Source: Lama glama (taxonomy: Eukaryota). From it: a DNA stretch of 64,000 bases. This document shows, in pieces, positions 13,670 to 26,163 of the stretch. The DNA is taken from the NCBI GenBank assembly GCA_028534125.1, contig CM052817.1, positions 14,572,001 through 14,636,000 of the forward strand, in the 5' to 3' direction. The notes beneath the pieces were generated by a model. It was given only the letters and a program-made list of their open reading frames with translations, had not been told where the DNA came from and did not search any database. A program made the translations under genes and the position numbers. How positions within the stretch are numbered: position 1 is the stretch's first letter; every line of letters starts with the position of its first letter.

Positions 13670-14192
13670 TGAGAACCCCCTACGTTTATCAGTGAGAATA
13701 AATGAAATAATGCACATTCCATATCTGGATAGATAGATAAGCCTCCAATATGTCCGTTCCTCTTCTAGTCTTACTGCAAACCCACCCTCTGAGATTGCAT
13801 TTATCCTGCCTGCAGAAGTTTATCTTCTAAATAATACAGATCTTGATGGGCTGAAATTCTTCCTGTGCCTTCTCTTGGTGAAGAGATGAAATAGCAGCTG
13901 TGATGTACAGGAGCAGTGCTATTGAATTATTTGGAAATATTTTGTTCCATGGAGAGGCCATCTCAGAAGGCCTGTGAGAGCAATAGTCCAGCTGGATTTC
14001 ACCAGGCAACAGAAACCATTCACCTGATTCCTCTCTTCTCTACTCCACTCCCATTTTTACATACTGATTAAAAGAAAAAAAAAGTATACTGTACATGCAC
14101 AAAACAGAATTGTAATAAATTTGCTGAGTTAATTGTTTCCAGTAGTATTACACCAAGCTGGGCAAGAAAAATGAGAAATAGGAGACTGCTAT

Positions 14193-14833
14193 TGAGACAG
14201 GAAAGAAGGGGGCAGGACACAGCCATTAAGAGAATGACACAGCAATTAGCACCAAGATGATGGAAAAGTCAACTCCCAATAGACCTTGAGGCCCAAGATG
14301 GCAGGAGATTTGACCTCCATTTGACCTTGAGCTACTTTATACACACTGTGATGTACTAGCATGGTGAATGACATACCCAAAAGTGCCATGACAGTTCTGA
14401 AGTTGACCATGAAAGGTCAAAGAGAGGGCAGTGGCCCAGTTCCTAGGAATCCCTGCCCCTTCCCCAAAGCAGTTGGAATAATTCTCTCACTTGTTAGCAG
14501 ATAAAAAGTAGCAACACTGTGCCTTGTGGTTGCTCTCTCTCTCTCTCGCCTTCTGAGCTGGCCTGCACTCTGCCTATGGAGTGTATATCTACTTTTACTT
14601 TAAACACCCAACCCTCCACCTCTCAGCCTTTCTCTTGCCTGCTTTGATGGCCTGTACTCTGACTATGGAGCATTCATCTCTCTAAATATATCTTTTACTC
14701 AGCTATGGCTCACTCTTGAATTCTTTCCTTCACGAAGCCAAGTACCCTCACTTGGAGGGGAACATCCCAGAAACCCAACGGAAACCTGGGACATGGCCAT
14801 CCTCTTGTATCCCACATCATTTTTCCTGTATCA
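14193..14833 (+). mobile_element. MER41-like ERV1 solo LTR (same family as 12795-13437)
   Basis: TGAGACAGGAA…TTCCTGTATCA termini; flanks ctat/gtat; first 117 nt align without gaps to the nested copy with ~19 mismatches (manual count); contains MER41-like ctctgcctatggagt and cttgaattctttcc…aagccaag. Confidence 0.88.
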
Positions 14834-15711
14834 GTATCAGTTAAAGCCTTGAGATCAACTTCATTGAGGGCATTTCATTTTCTTTGGTCACCCTGATGTG
14901 CTTTTCGGAAGGTCTGCAGGCTGATAATAAATTTGGCAACTCTCCCAAATTTACCAAAACCCTAGCAGAAGACTAGAATGTAAAATCTGCCTACCTTTAT
15001 AGGTATGATACTATTCAAAATCTGGTTTGGAATACTATTTCAGTGAAATAAAATATGTCTGAGCTTTGCATCATGATTAAGATAAAGACATATAATTCCT
15101 ATTTTATTAACTCTGGGTTTTGCAGCATAAAAGTTCAGCAGAATAGAAGATTTGGGTTTGGGAGCATGCGAGAGCTGGGGAATTAATTTATTTCACAGAT
15201 TTGACTCACTGAACAGCGCTGTCATTTTAATTTCTTTTGGAACAGGTATAACATTGGCTGTCTTGGCTTCAGAGACTCCAACATTAACCACTCTGACCCT
15301 TAGACTCAGTATGTGGCATATAGAAAAATCTCATTTTTTTTATATCTATGTATTTCTGAAGTTAATTGTCCCATCTCTATATGACCAAATGACCCTGAAG
15401 TTGCTTAGATTAGCGCCTGCTTAGGTTAAAGAGGCTTACTTGCTGAATAGTGCCTTTATTGAGGGAGAACTGAGTATAGACATTCTGAATCCAGAACGAG
15501 AATTTCTCAAAACATAATTTATTTTTAGAGGAAAGCTTCCAGGAACTTGACATACTTTTTTTTTTTTCCTAGAGTTATCCGGGCTCTTATGCAAATTTTC
15601 TAGGCAGCCAAAACCCAAACACAATCTTTTCCAACATGATCAACCAGTGACTTTCAATTGTTGGTTTCTATTACTGAACAAGATTTGAGGTTCCCTCTAC
15701 CCAGATCCTCT

Positions 15712-16330
15712 TTGGAAAGCAGAATGCTAACACAGTCCCCAAGATTCCCACATTCTGGTGTAAACACCTTATTATTACCTCCATGTGGTTATAAACATGA
15801 CTTGTGAATATGATGGGATATCACTCCCATTATGATGTTATATTATATAGCAGAAAGGATTTTGCAGGTGTGATTAAAATCCCTCATCAGTTGACTCTGA
15901 GCTAATCAAAACAAATTATACTTGGTGGGCTCCACTTAATCAGGTGAGCCCTTAAAAGTGGTCAAAGTTATGCAAAGTGAGAGAGGTCCTCCTGATGAGC
16001 TAACTCCATGTTGTGGAGAAGGCCACGTGGCAGGGTACAGAGGGCAGCCTCCAGGAGCTGAGGGTGGCCCTAGTCAACAGCCCGTCAGAAAGTGGAAACC
16101 TCACTTCTACAACCGCAAGACACTGAATTCTGCCAGCAACAAGGGAGCTTGAAAGACAACTTTCAACCCCAGATGAGAACCCAGTCCTAGCCTTCTGAGA
16201 CATCCAGCAAAAAATCCAGGAGCTCCCTGCTCAGACTTCCGACCTACAGAATTGTGAGATAAGAAATGGACATTGTCGTAATGCATGACTTTTATGGTAA
16301 TTTCTTATGCAGAAATGGAAAACTAATACA
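15712..16330 (+). mobile_element. MaLR solo LTR, MLT1E-like
   Basis: gattttgcaggtgtgattaa…cagttgact…ggtgggctccacttaatcaggtgagcccttaaaag…cctacagaattgtgagataag…aaaactaataca. Confidence 0.85.
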
Positions 16331-16413
16331 GAACTCACTGCTTTATAGATTGACATAGATAAGAAGGACTCAGGATTGCATTAGAGGGTTTTCCAAGCAA
16401 GACAGAAGTATAG

Positions 16414-16456
16414 TCACCTTGTTCCTCTATTCCTCACCTTGTATCTCTATTCCTCA
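16414..16456. repeat. 20-bp tandem duplication
   Basis: tcaccttgttcctctattcc followed by tcaccttgtatctctattcc. Confidence 0.85.
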
Positions 16457-16969
16457 AATGAAGAAACTAAGAACTAGACAGAAAAAGTTCTTCACAAAAA
16501 TCAACCTTAGAATCCAGGTTATTCCAATCCAGGTTCATTCTATCTCATGCCTAATGCAGAACTAAGGCTTTGACCCAGAACTTGCCTATCTCCATCTAGT
16601 GCTTTAGTCCATGAAACTCTTGCCCTGCTGAACTGTTACAAGTGATGAGAATTGTAAATACAGCCAAAGAAAGATATGAAAGAACCTATATGCCTACATC
16701 AGTGGACTAATGAGTGACTTCTTGTGTATAAAGTTTCCAAGAGTCCAAATCATAGGATGGACAGGCAAGAACTGACTCTCCCATGTGAGCTGGCTTTAGA
16801 TTATGTCCCCAGAACACAAGCAGCTAACATCTCAAAGCAACTGTAGGCTCAGCAAAGTGAGAGATGAAAAGTTAGAGCACATAAAATGTGCTTTCTAATA
16901 GTTTGTCTTTCAAATAAAGAGCAATACTAACCCCAACCCCCGTTTTATACTGAGGTTCACACTGTTGTG

Positions 16970-17190
16970 ACCATGACCATGAGCTCTCAAGCTGGGGACC
17001 TGACTTTGAATTCTGAGTCCACCATCTTCCAGGTGTATAAACTTTAATTCATCTGTTTCGGTTTTCTCTTCTGTAAAATTGAGATAATGAATGTAAGTAT
17101 CTCATAGGGTCCAGTTTGCATTAACTGAGTTAATATACATCTAAAAACAATGCCTAAAATAAGATCAGCACTCACGAATGCTAGCCAGGA
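16970..17190 (+). mobile_element. MIR SINE
   Basis: ggttttctcttctgtaaaattgagataatg…ctcataggg…ttaactgagttaatatacat. Confidence 0.75.
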
Positions 17191-19124
17191 TTCTTAGATT
17201 GCAGTCTCTAAATACTCGGTTTGAAAAAGAAATATTTAGGCACATCAATTTGTCAGGTTCTTCTGTAACTGGGATTTTGACTTATAAACTCAATTATTCC
17301 TTCAATTGTACTTCACTTTAAGTTTAAAAGAAATACGATGTTTTACAATTGCCAGCTTTGCTTAACTAAGAAAAAAAATACTATGCTTGAGTAAAGTAAG
17401 TCGGTGATTTCAGATGACACTCAAAGCAGGTAATGACTTCATGCCAACATTTTCAATATATTATTTTCTTTGTTAAGGAGCATCTGTGCATTACCATATG
17501 TTTTATTAAGTGTTGGTGGAAGATGGTAGCAAGATGATTAACACAAGAATTGCTCATCATTTCCCCCAAAACTATGTGTTCTAAAAGTTTTCTAAAATTA
17601 GACTGAAAAGATTCTTAACTTTGTGGAAACACAAAAATTTACCTAGATGGACTAAATGAATATGTGATGGTTTGTAGGTAGCTGATAGCATATTCACAGA
17701 GCTGCAAGGTCACCTAGGGACAGATTCAAAATATTTAACCCCAGGGTACCACAAGCTTTTCTGTAAAGACTCATCCATGCCTACTAGTAAAACATCAGCC
17801 TTATCTGGTAACGGAGCAACACACTCTACTCAAATTTGAACTCAACAATTGTGGCTAGTGTTTGCTGGTGGGCTGTGGTTAGATGTATGCTAAATTATGG
17901 AAAACCTACCTATGAACATGTCCTGGAATGCAAGATGAGGGAGGGGCGCGTAATTCCCAGAAGGGATTTTGACAAGAAATGTCATAAATGGCCATCAGGA
18001 GATTCCAAATTTGAAGTCTGAGATGATAGTTATAATGGTTCTAAATCCTTCTGCGTGTTTGCAGAAGGCGTATGAGTCAATTTCCCGATAGATTTGTGCA
18101 CTCTGAATCTGGGTCACTAAGAAACGCACAAATCGGATTAAGTCCATCACCTACAGAGAAGCACTGGCCCTCTGCTACTAATGCTGCATGGTTTCTCTAT
18201 GTGTTAACAAGTGACACAGACGAAGTGGTAGTGTGCTATTGCCAAGGGAAAGAGTGTCCACTTCAGCTATCCAGGAGGCCCTGCCTATTCTGAAATTGAG
18301 ATGTGAACTGTCTACACAGAATGAGCTCATCCGTGACTCATTATAGGTTTAGGATGATCTCAAGTTGTTTGTGAGTTTATGTTCATCTTCGTGTGTGTTA
18401 TGAATATAAAGGCAACGTTTCAGTCTTAATTCAACTGTTGCCAAATTTCTGGCTGCAACTCAATGGAAAGGATTTCTCTGGGTCAGAAAAGTACAGCAGT
18501 TAAAAGCAGACTGCAGTTGTGATTAAAAATATATATATATTACGGGGGAAACAGGGAGGGCATTCAGATCTGGATTATCAAAATATTAGAAACTATCTCC
18601 TTTCATATTTCCTTGCCAAGAATGGAGCCTCAGTTATATTCCGCATAAAGCAGATCTTATGATATAAAGATTATGTCCTTTTAATGTAAGCAGCTAACTC
18701 ATCCCCATATGTGCCAGCTAAACTCAAAACAGGACAGTTCTAATCCTTGGGCTTGTTGCAAACAGTTTTCTTCATCTGTCTTCCACATAACGGTTCTCAA
18801 AAAGAAGTTGCCCGTTGTGAAGTCACAAGTACCAGTTTGTGGGAAGTTATTCCTGAGAGAAAACATTAAAGCCTTGCCCACAGGCTGAAGGAAATATCAT
18901 CAAGGTTCTGAATAATCTGGCAAAACCCAGAGGAACACGGAAACATTCGTTGTTTCGTTCTAACCAAGCAGTATCAAAATGCATCCTCATATTACAAAAC
19001 TGAAGAGTTTCAGAATCCACGCATTACTTACCAGTTCACCTAGAGAGACTCTGTCTCCCAGTCATCCATCACGTCCCAGTGCTTAAAACAGAACCTGACA
19101 CCTGGTACACACTCGAGCGACACT

Positions 19125-19990
19125 GAACCTTACCTTGTACCAGGCATTTCTAAAGGAAATTTACATGCAGTACCTCATTTAATCCTTTCAACCGTCTAAG
19201 TAAATACTAGTCTCCTCCTCATTTTATGTGCAGGGTAACTGAAGCACAGACAATTTCAGCAACGCCTCCAGTATAACGCAGCTAAAAAGTAAAGAAAGCC
19301 AGGGTTTCCGTCCAAGCCACACTGGCACCAGTGCTTTCCCTCCAACCACTTCATTTTGATTGAATAAACCAAAGAGAAAGGATCTGTTGAGAAACCTGGG
19401 CATGCACGATAATTTTGTCTGGACATATAAATAACTTAAGTTGTTTCAACCTTCTCTACAAAATGGAAGAAGCAGGGTAGAGACCATCAAGGTTTACCAA
19501 CACCATCATCCTAGTCACCCCAGGGCTCTACAAAGCTTCTGGCCCTGACAACAAGCTAAATACGGAACTGCTTACTGCCTCGCATGGCTTCTAGTGGATT
19601 CTTCTTCACATGCTACAGAGCAGAAATGATACCGACCCCAGGAACCAGGAGATGATAATAAGTGCCACTTATTAAACATGTACTGCAAGCCAGCCCGAAG
19701 CTAGACACTGTTTCTATGCTATCTTATTTAATTTTCCCAACTACTCTGTGGGATATATAATTTTGCCCCACATGAAGGTGAATGAGGTTAAGAAATTTCA
19801 TCACATGGTAGAAAAGGGACGTGGGTCCAGCCTACCTGACTTCACAAGCCATGGTCTCTCAATGAGGTTGTTGAGTTCAAGTCCCACTTCTGCATTTTAC
19901 CAGCAGAATGATTTTGAGTAAGTCCTTTAACAGCTCTCTGACCTAAGCTTGGTCATCTACTAACAAGGCAATAATAATAATAGTAGCAGT
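19125..19990. mobile_element. Cluster of MIR fragments (two antisense, one sense)
   Basis: cctcatttaatcctttcaac…actgaagcacaga (-); ttatttaattttcccaactactctgtg (-); gagttcaagtcccacttctgc…agtaagtcctttaac (+). Confidence 0.65.
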
Positions 19991-20013
19991 AGTAATAAAA
20001 GTAATGCTATTTT

Positions 20014-20104
20014 GTGGGAGGATAGCTCGGTGGTAGACAGCGTGCTTATCATGCATGAGGTCCTGGGTTCAAACTCCAGTATCTCCATTAAATAATAATA
20101 ATAG
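20014..20104 (+). mobile_element. tRNA-Ala-derived SINE (camelid vic-1-like)
   Basis: gggaggatagctcggtggtagacagcgtgcttatcatgcatgaggtcctgggttcaaactccagtatctcca resembles tRNA-Ala(AGC) with A and B boxes, followed by an (AAT)n tail; too mutated to be a functional tRNA. Confidence 0.85.
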
Positions 20105-21519
20105 CACCAACAACACTATTTTATTATCTAGGCTTTCTCAAGGTTGTTATAAGAAGAATATATGTAAAGAGACCAAATCAGTACCCTAAAATTTATGTTG
20201 TCTCCCCCATTCCACTACCTCATCCTACATAGTCTACTAAATAAAACCAATACAAACCACAAAACCCAGAACTTAACAAAATCTGCCATTAAAATAAGGC
20301 TTTTGTTGATTTTCTTATTACAAAATTATGGGTATATGTGCTAAAGCTGGATGGTGCTCAATCTCTGAGGCCTACCTCTGCTGATGCTCTGAGCACAGGC
20401 TGTCTACTTGATAATTCTGCATTTGAAGACAGTGTAATCAACTGTGAAATGTGATATAAAGGCAAGAGATCTTTGGTGTGGTTGTATTATTGTGTACCTA
20501 GCTGTGTTCCCACCAAGTTCAAGAGCTCCCCACAATCTCATCCTTTTAGCTTCAATCAAAGTCAATGCTTACACAGTCCTGCCCAGGGAAGCTTTTCCTG
20601 ACTTTCCAAGACTGATCTGGGTGCCTCTGCTCTGTGCCTCCATAGCAGTCTGTCCTCACCCCATCACAGCTCATTCTAAGATGTCAATCATATGAAATAC
20701 AAGCAGTAGAAGGGAAGACTGCCCCCTGCTAATTCACACCAGAGTTTGCCTGAAGAATCAGATCAGATTCAGTATTCTGGAACCCAAAATAGGAAAAGAA
20801 ATTTATAGCCCAAAGTCCCTGCCTCCATCCCAGTGGCCAGCCAGACCTGCTCTGATAATGACCTTCACAGGAGTTTCTAGACTTCCTCTCCTGGGAATGC
20901 ATTCAAAAATGGAGCTCGGTGAGCAATGTTTGTTTAACGGCCTGGCTATCCAGAATTCATGCAGAAATCAATGACAGGCAAGCACGCCTTAGCACATCTT
21001 AATGGGATGAACTCATACTAAAAAGGCTAAATGAGCAAAGAGACAATTCAATTTCCAGGGTAGAGACTAGGCTGAGATGGAACACAAGCAAGAAAAACTC
21101 CCAAGCAGGCAGACTAGCTAGGAGATCTACTGTTTTCAAACCATTACAAAAAAATGGAGAAGAGGAAAACTCATTAGCGAGACCTGCCCATGACCCCATC
21201 TGATGTCTAGACCCTGCCAGAGGCCGACTGTGAATGTCTAGTGAGAGAAAGGGAAAAGATAGAAGGTCTTGTTTATGTAAACTCTTTTCCCGGGGAGCTT
21301 TCCTGATACGGATGGGAAGGAGGGGCAGAGGCACAGGACGGAGAAAAGGAGCGATGGATGCACGGGGAGCGGGGATGGGAACTTCCGGGGTATCTACGGA
21401 TGTGATCCGTCAGTCAAGATGGAAAAAACGCCAGGGTCTCCAGGATGAGCAGGGGAGGGGAGCACATGGAGGAGAAAGAATAAGACAAGACATTTTAATA
21501 TTTATAAAAGTGACTTCTG

Positions 21520-22440
21520 GGAACTTATGCTTATTTTCATCAATGCATAATTCTAAGAGTCAAAGAGTACCACTGTTTTTTTTTTCTTAAAGCAGTCCCC
21601 TGCTTCTGTCCCTTCTTACTTTCACATCCTAATCTTCAGAGTCATCACATTCAACTCTTTAGCTGTTTCTTCCAATATTCACCACCTAATTTCAACATAA
21701 GTTATCTGTTTTGCTATTTCTTGATTTTGCAGTTACAGACATTATCTTAATTCCCTTCTTCTAAGGAAGATAAGGGTTATGTTTGCTCAGTGTCCTTGTG
21801 CTGATCATCGCTGCAGCCTCAAACTCATCAGAGCTGCAAAACGTATCTCACAAAGGTCAAACACACCGATCCTTTATCTACTTTTTTCTTGGAGACATCA
21901 CTCATAGAGCCCAAGTCACACACTCCAGTGTAAACTGGGTCCTCCTCGACTGGCTGCAGAGCAGGGGTAGTGGACCTTCTCTATTCTCTTCTCTCTACTC
22001 TTAGGAACCCTCTGTTTCCTGGATCTCACATTTGATCATTTTTTCTTTCATTTGCCCCTATGCACTGAGAGGACATGGGCCATGGATCCGCTGACATCTT
22101 GCATGTCTGAAAATGTTGCTGTTCTACCCTCAGACTTAATTTATAGTTTGGTTGCAAATGTAATTCCAGTTGGAAGTCAGTTTCCTCAGGATTGTGATCA
22201 TTTCTGTCTTGTCTTCTGCCAGTGTTGCTATTAAGAATTTTGATGCCATGATAATTCCTCATCATACGTCACCTGCTTTTTTCCCCCTCTGTCCAGAATT
22301 CTCTTTTTAGTGTTGATGTTCTGCCTTTTCTTGATGATAGGGCTTGGTGTGAGTCTTTTTTCTGCATTCTGCTGGGCACAAAGTGGGCCCTATCACTCTG
22401 GAAACATACAGCCTTCAATCGAGGGAAATGATTCATTGTA
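21520..22440 (-). mobile_element. HAL1 / ancient L1-related element
   Basis: gaaaatgttg…atagtttggttg…ccagtgttgctattaagaattttgatgccat…gctgggcacaaagtgggccctatcactctggaaacatacagccttc resembles antisense HAL1. Confidence 0.7.
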
Positions 22441-23506
22441 TGGGATATAGAATGGAAAATGGTTAACATTACAGATTACAATTATAATCTTATGGGATCT
22501 AACCTCAGGAGTGAATTCCATCTATGGGCCATATTGGAGGCTGGTCAGTAAATTCAAGAGGAAGGGATTAGAGGCATGTGAGCACCAGGAGGGGACACTG
22601 GGAGCCTTCCTGCAGGCTGCCCACCACACCTTGCTTAGAAGTAGTTGAGTCATAATCTCATCACTTCATCTGCTTCTCATGAGAGTGAAACTAGGTTACC
22701 TGCTGTCAAGACAGCGGGGACCTCAGTTCTGAGGTAGAGGATTTTCCTGAGACCTTCTATAGGCAAGAGGAATTTTGTTGGAGAAAATACCTGGTTTTCT
22801 TTTTCATATATGAAAGTTCACAATCCTTTTTTCTGTCAAGGGATGAAGAGTACAAAAATTTAGGAGTAAATATGGTGAAATCTACAAAGGTTGTATTTCT
22901 ATAGAAGACTTTTTTCCCCCCTAGAATGACAACTACAATAATTCTATGAGATGACCTTATTCTACTAATAGTATTAACAAGAAGAATCACTAATATGAAA
23001 ATCAAGGTGAAGATTAGGGTAATTAATCATTCAATTAATTTGTAAAAAATACTCATTTGTCTTAATAATTAAGGTATGTAAGGATAAAACATTACCTCTC
23101 CAAAATCACACAAATTAAAGAATCAAGATTTCCCTTCACTTTACCAAAAGAGACATTCACTATGAAAGCGATTACTCAAACTCCAACTCTTTATTTCCAA
23201 AAAAAAAAAAAAGCCTAAAACCCCAGAGAACCAAAACTGGAGTTTTTGAGGCTGTTGCCATAACTATCTCATTTCCAATGGGGAGAAAAAGCAGGCAAAT
23301 TATGATGCATTGAACACCATCTAGTTGGCTAATTGAGTTTTTCTCACTTCTTGAATTGATTGTTGCAGCTACAGGAAAACTAGCTTTCTTTTCACCATTT
23401 GCTGTGTGATAGATTAACAATTAAGAGTTCCCAAACTCTAAGCAGAATGTATTTTGAGATTTTTGGATTCAAATGTATAACTAAACAGCTGTTCTCACCT
23501 TTAGCC

Positions 23507-23534
23507 GTGTGTGTGTGTGTGTGTGTGTGTGTGT
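23507..23534. repeat. (GT)n microsatellite
   Basis: Directly visible. Confidence 0.95.
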
Positions 23535-24159
23535 TGTATGCACCTATATTATAAATGTGCAGTAGTTTATAGTAGTCTTCTCACAAAAAAATTACAAGTT
23601 AAAATTGATCATTAGGTACAATATGTAACTTATTTTAAGTTCAGTCAAAGGTGAGCAAATGTGACATTTTATCTAAGTGAGTTAGACATTGGATGGGCAT
23701 TGTATACTTTTTCTCTCTGTGTCAGTAGCCCAGTTCATAATATCAAATTCCACTCAAACTCCAAGATGCAGAAACTGACCAGGTCTGGAAGCAGTTACAG
23801 GGTACAAGAAACGTTGACCATGCCATTAAATTCAACTTTCCTTATGTTCTGATGCAGTATCTTATCATTCATTGGTGTATTTTCAAACCAATGCTGAAAT
23901 ATTATTCCAAAATACATGTGAGTTAAAGATACATGTGGAGTTACTTAGAAGAGTAAAACGTGCATGTTTAAAAGGACAGGCATTTCTCAAGCTCCCATTC
24001 TGAGTCTATCACTGTACTAGGCACAATGGGAGAGAGAGGAGTGATAAATGTTATAATCCAAAAATTCATTGGTGAAAAACAGCACACAGAAGGGAATCCC
24101 ACAACCATATAAGATATTCAATGTCTATTCCCTTACGTATGTCTTCTCTTGGACTATGA

Positions 24160-24345
24160 CACTTGGAATCACAATCCATGCTCTATTCAGTATATCACCA
24201 GTGCCTAAGACTGTAACTGGAACATAAGAAGTGCTTAAAAGACAGCTAATGGATAATGAATGGATCAACAAGTAAATTACATAAGAAGTGCTTAAAAGAT
24301 GGCTAAGGGATGATGAATGAATCAATAAGTAAATTAATGAATAAA
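24160..24345 (+). mobile_element. L2 3' end with a 57-bp tandem duplication of the terminus (24222-24335)
   Basis: tatatcaccagtgcctaagactgtaactggaacataagaagtgctt…; the unit acataagaagtgcttaaaaga…aagtaaatt occurs at 24222 and 24279. Confidence 0.8.
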
Positions 24346-24449
24346 TCTGTAAGTGAACCAAAGGCGTCATGAGTGCCATGAGAGTTAAAGGGAGGAAGAT
24401 AGTCTTGTAGTCTAGAGAGGTGAGGAAACTATACATGAATGAGATGGGG

Positions 24450-24805
24450 TACTACCGACTGAATCTCTGTGTTCCCAACGCTCAAATGTTAAAACTTGAT
24501 CCCCAGTATTTGGAGGTGGAATCTTTGGGAGGTGATTAGGACACCAGGGCCGGGCTGTCATGAATGGAGTTAGTGCCCTCATAAAGGAGATTCCAGACAA
24601 CTCTCTTCCCTGTCTCTACCAGGTGAGGACAGAGAGAAATGATGGCTGTCTATGAACCAGGAAGTGGGCCTTCACCAGGTAACAAATCTGCTAGCTCCTT
24701 GATCTTGGACTTCTCCGCCTCCAGAACTGAGAGCAGTAAATATCTGCTGTTTGTAAACAACCAGTCTACGGCATCTCTGTTATAGCAGCTCCAAGGGACT
24801 GAGAC
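24450..24805 (+). mobile_element. MaLR solo LTR, MLT1A-like
   Basis: ctttgggaggtgattagg…catgaatggagttagtgccctcataaa…cttgatcttggacttctccgcctccagaactg…tgttatagcagc…gactgagac. Confidence 0.9.
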
Positions 24806-24969
24806 CTGGGATTTACTCAAGCCGTGGAAAATTAGGAATACTTTGGTTGGCTAGAAAGAAGGCAGAAATGATATCAGCTGAGTTGTTTTCCTGAGCAAAC
24901 ACCCTGCACCATCTTTTCTCAACAGTCATGAAGTCCTCTTTCCCTACTTCATGATCTTACTGCTACCTT

Positions 24970-25205
24970 CATAGACATAAAAAAGTGGTCTAATGACTAC
25001 CTGGGCTGGGATGAAATCCTGCTTTCCCATTTTCTAGCTGTGTAAGTGTAACCGACTGATTTAATTGCTCTATCTCAATTTGCCATCTATATTTTAGGAA
25101 TGCTAATGGGTCATAATGAGTTGTGAGAATTAAATGGCACAGGATATGAAAGGGCTCAGAGCAGTGTTTAGCCCACAGTGAGTACTAAGTACATGTTAGC
25201 TATTT
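24970..25205 (+). mobile_element. MIR SINE
   Basis: ctagctgtgt…gttgtgagaattaaatg…cagtgtttagcccacagtgagtactaagtacatgttagctatt. Confidence 0.75.
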
Positions 25206-25784
25206 TGGCAGAGACAGCCAGCTCGCCACAAAAATCTGCTCAGCCCTTCCCACACTGTAGTACAGACTACCGCCATGCTAGAGTATACTTTAGTTGTGAC
25301 TGGAAAGAGGCTGTGCAGTGCAAGACTTTTCCCAGCCTTCCTTCCCACAGGGGTGACCAAGTGACTAGTGCATCACTTATCGCCCATCAGAAATAGTGAA
25401 AACACACCTTGCCACTAGAGAAATTTTTCTGAGTTCTTGTCAGGGTTACTTTCAACGGCAAGAGCCAACAGAATAAAGCTTAGGTATCTTTTGGCTCTGC
25501 TTTCTTCCAGGGACAGGACACAAAAGCCACAGTGTTCATTTGTGCACTGGGGCAGGTCTTGAAGCCAATGTAACTAGAGAAACATATTCCATGCTCATCA
25601 CATCAAGACGGCATAAACTGTAGGTCTTTTCGTGAGAAGGAGGCTTACTTTACAAAGACTGTAACTTTACCAAAACTTGGATTTGCCCTAACTGAAACAA
25701 TCTGAAGTGTCCTTCAAGAATACTTTTCCCATTACCAAGCAAAAAAGGCCTCCCATGATTGGTAAAGATCTTAGAAAAGTCATA

Positions 25785-26163
25785 TGTATTCCTTTGCAGG
25801 GGCTTCAGACTTGGGTGGCTTAAACAACAGACATTTATTTTCTCGCAATTCTGGTGGCTAGAAGTCCAAGATCAAGATGTCCGTCAGGGTTGGTTTCCAT
25901 TCTAAAGCCTCTCTCCTTGGCTTATAGATGGTCATCTTCTTCCTGTATCTTCACATGACCTGCTCTCTGTACATGCCTGTGTCCTAATTGCCTCTTCTTA
26001 TCAGGACACCAGCCATATTGGATTAGGACCCACCCTCATGACCTCATTTTAACTGAATTATCTCTTTAAAGACCCTATCTTCAAATACAGTCACATTCTG
26101 AGATACAACAGGTTAGGACTTCAAAATACAAATGCTGGGAGCACACAAATCAGCCCATAATAC
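25785..26163 (-). mobile_element. MaLR solo LTR, MLT1B-like
   Basis: ggtggcttaaacaacagacatttattttctc…agaagtccaagatcaag…ggacaccagccatattggattagg…caaatacagtcacattctgag. Confidence 0.9.

Noticed and set aside
12795..14833. The two LTRs as ends of one deleted provirus
   Set aside because: They are in opposite orientation, each has its own TSD, and no primer-binding site or gag/pol sequence is evident between them.
20014..20088. Functional tRNA-Ala gene (also 53948-54022)
   Set aside because: Multiple substitutions in stems and the anticodon loop, and A-rich tails instead of a T-run terminator, indicate SINE copies.
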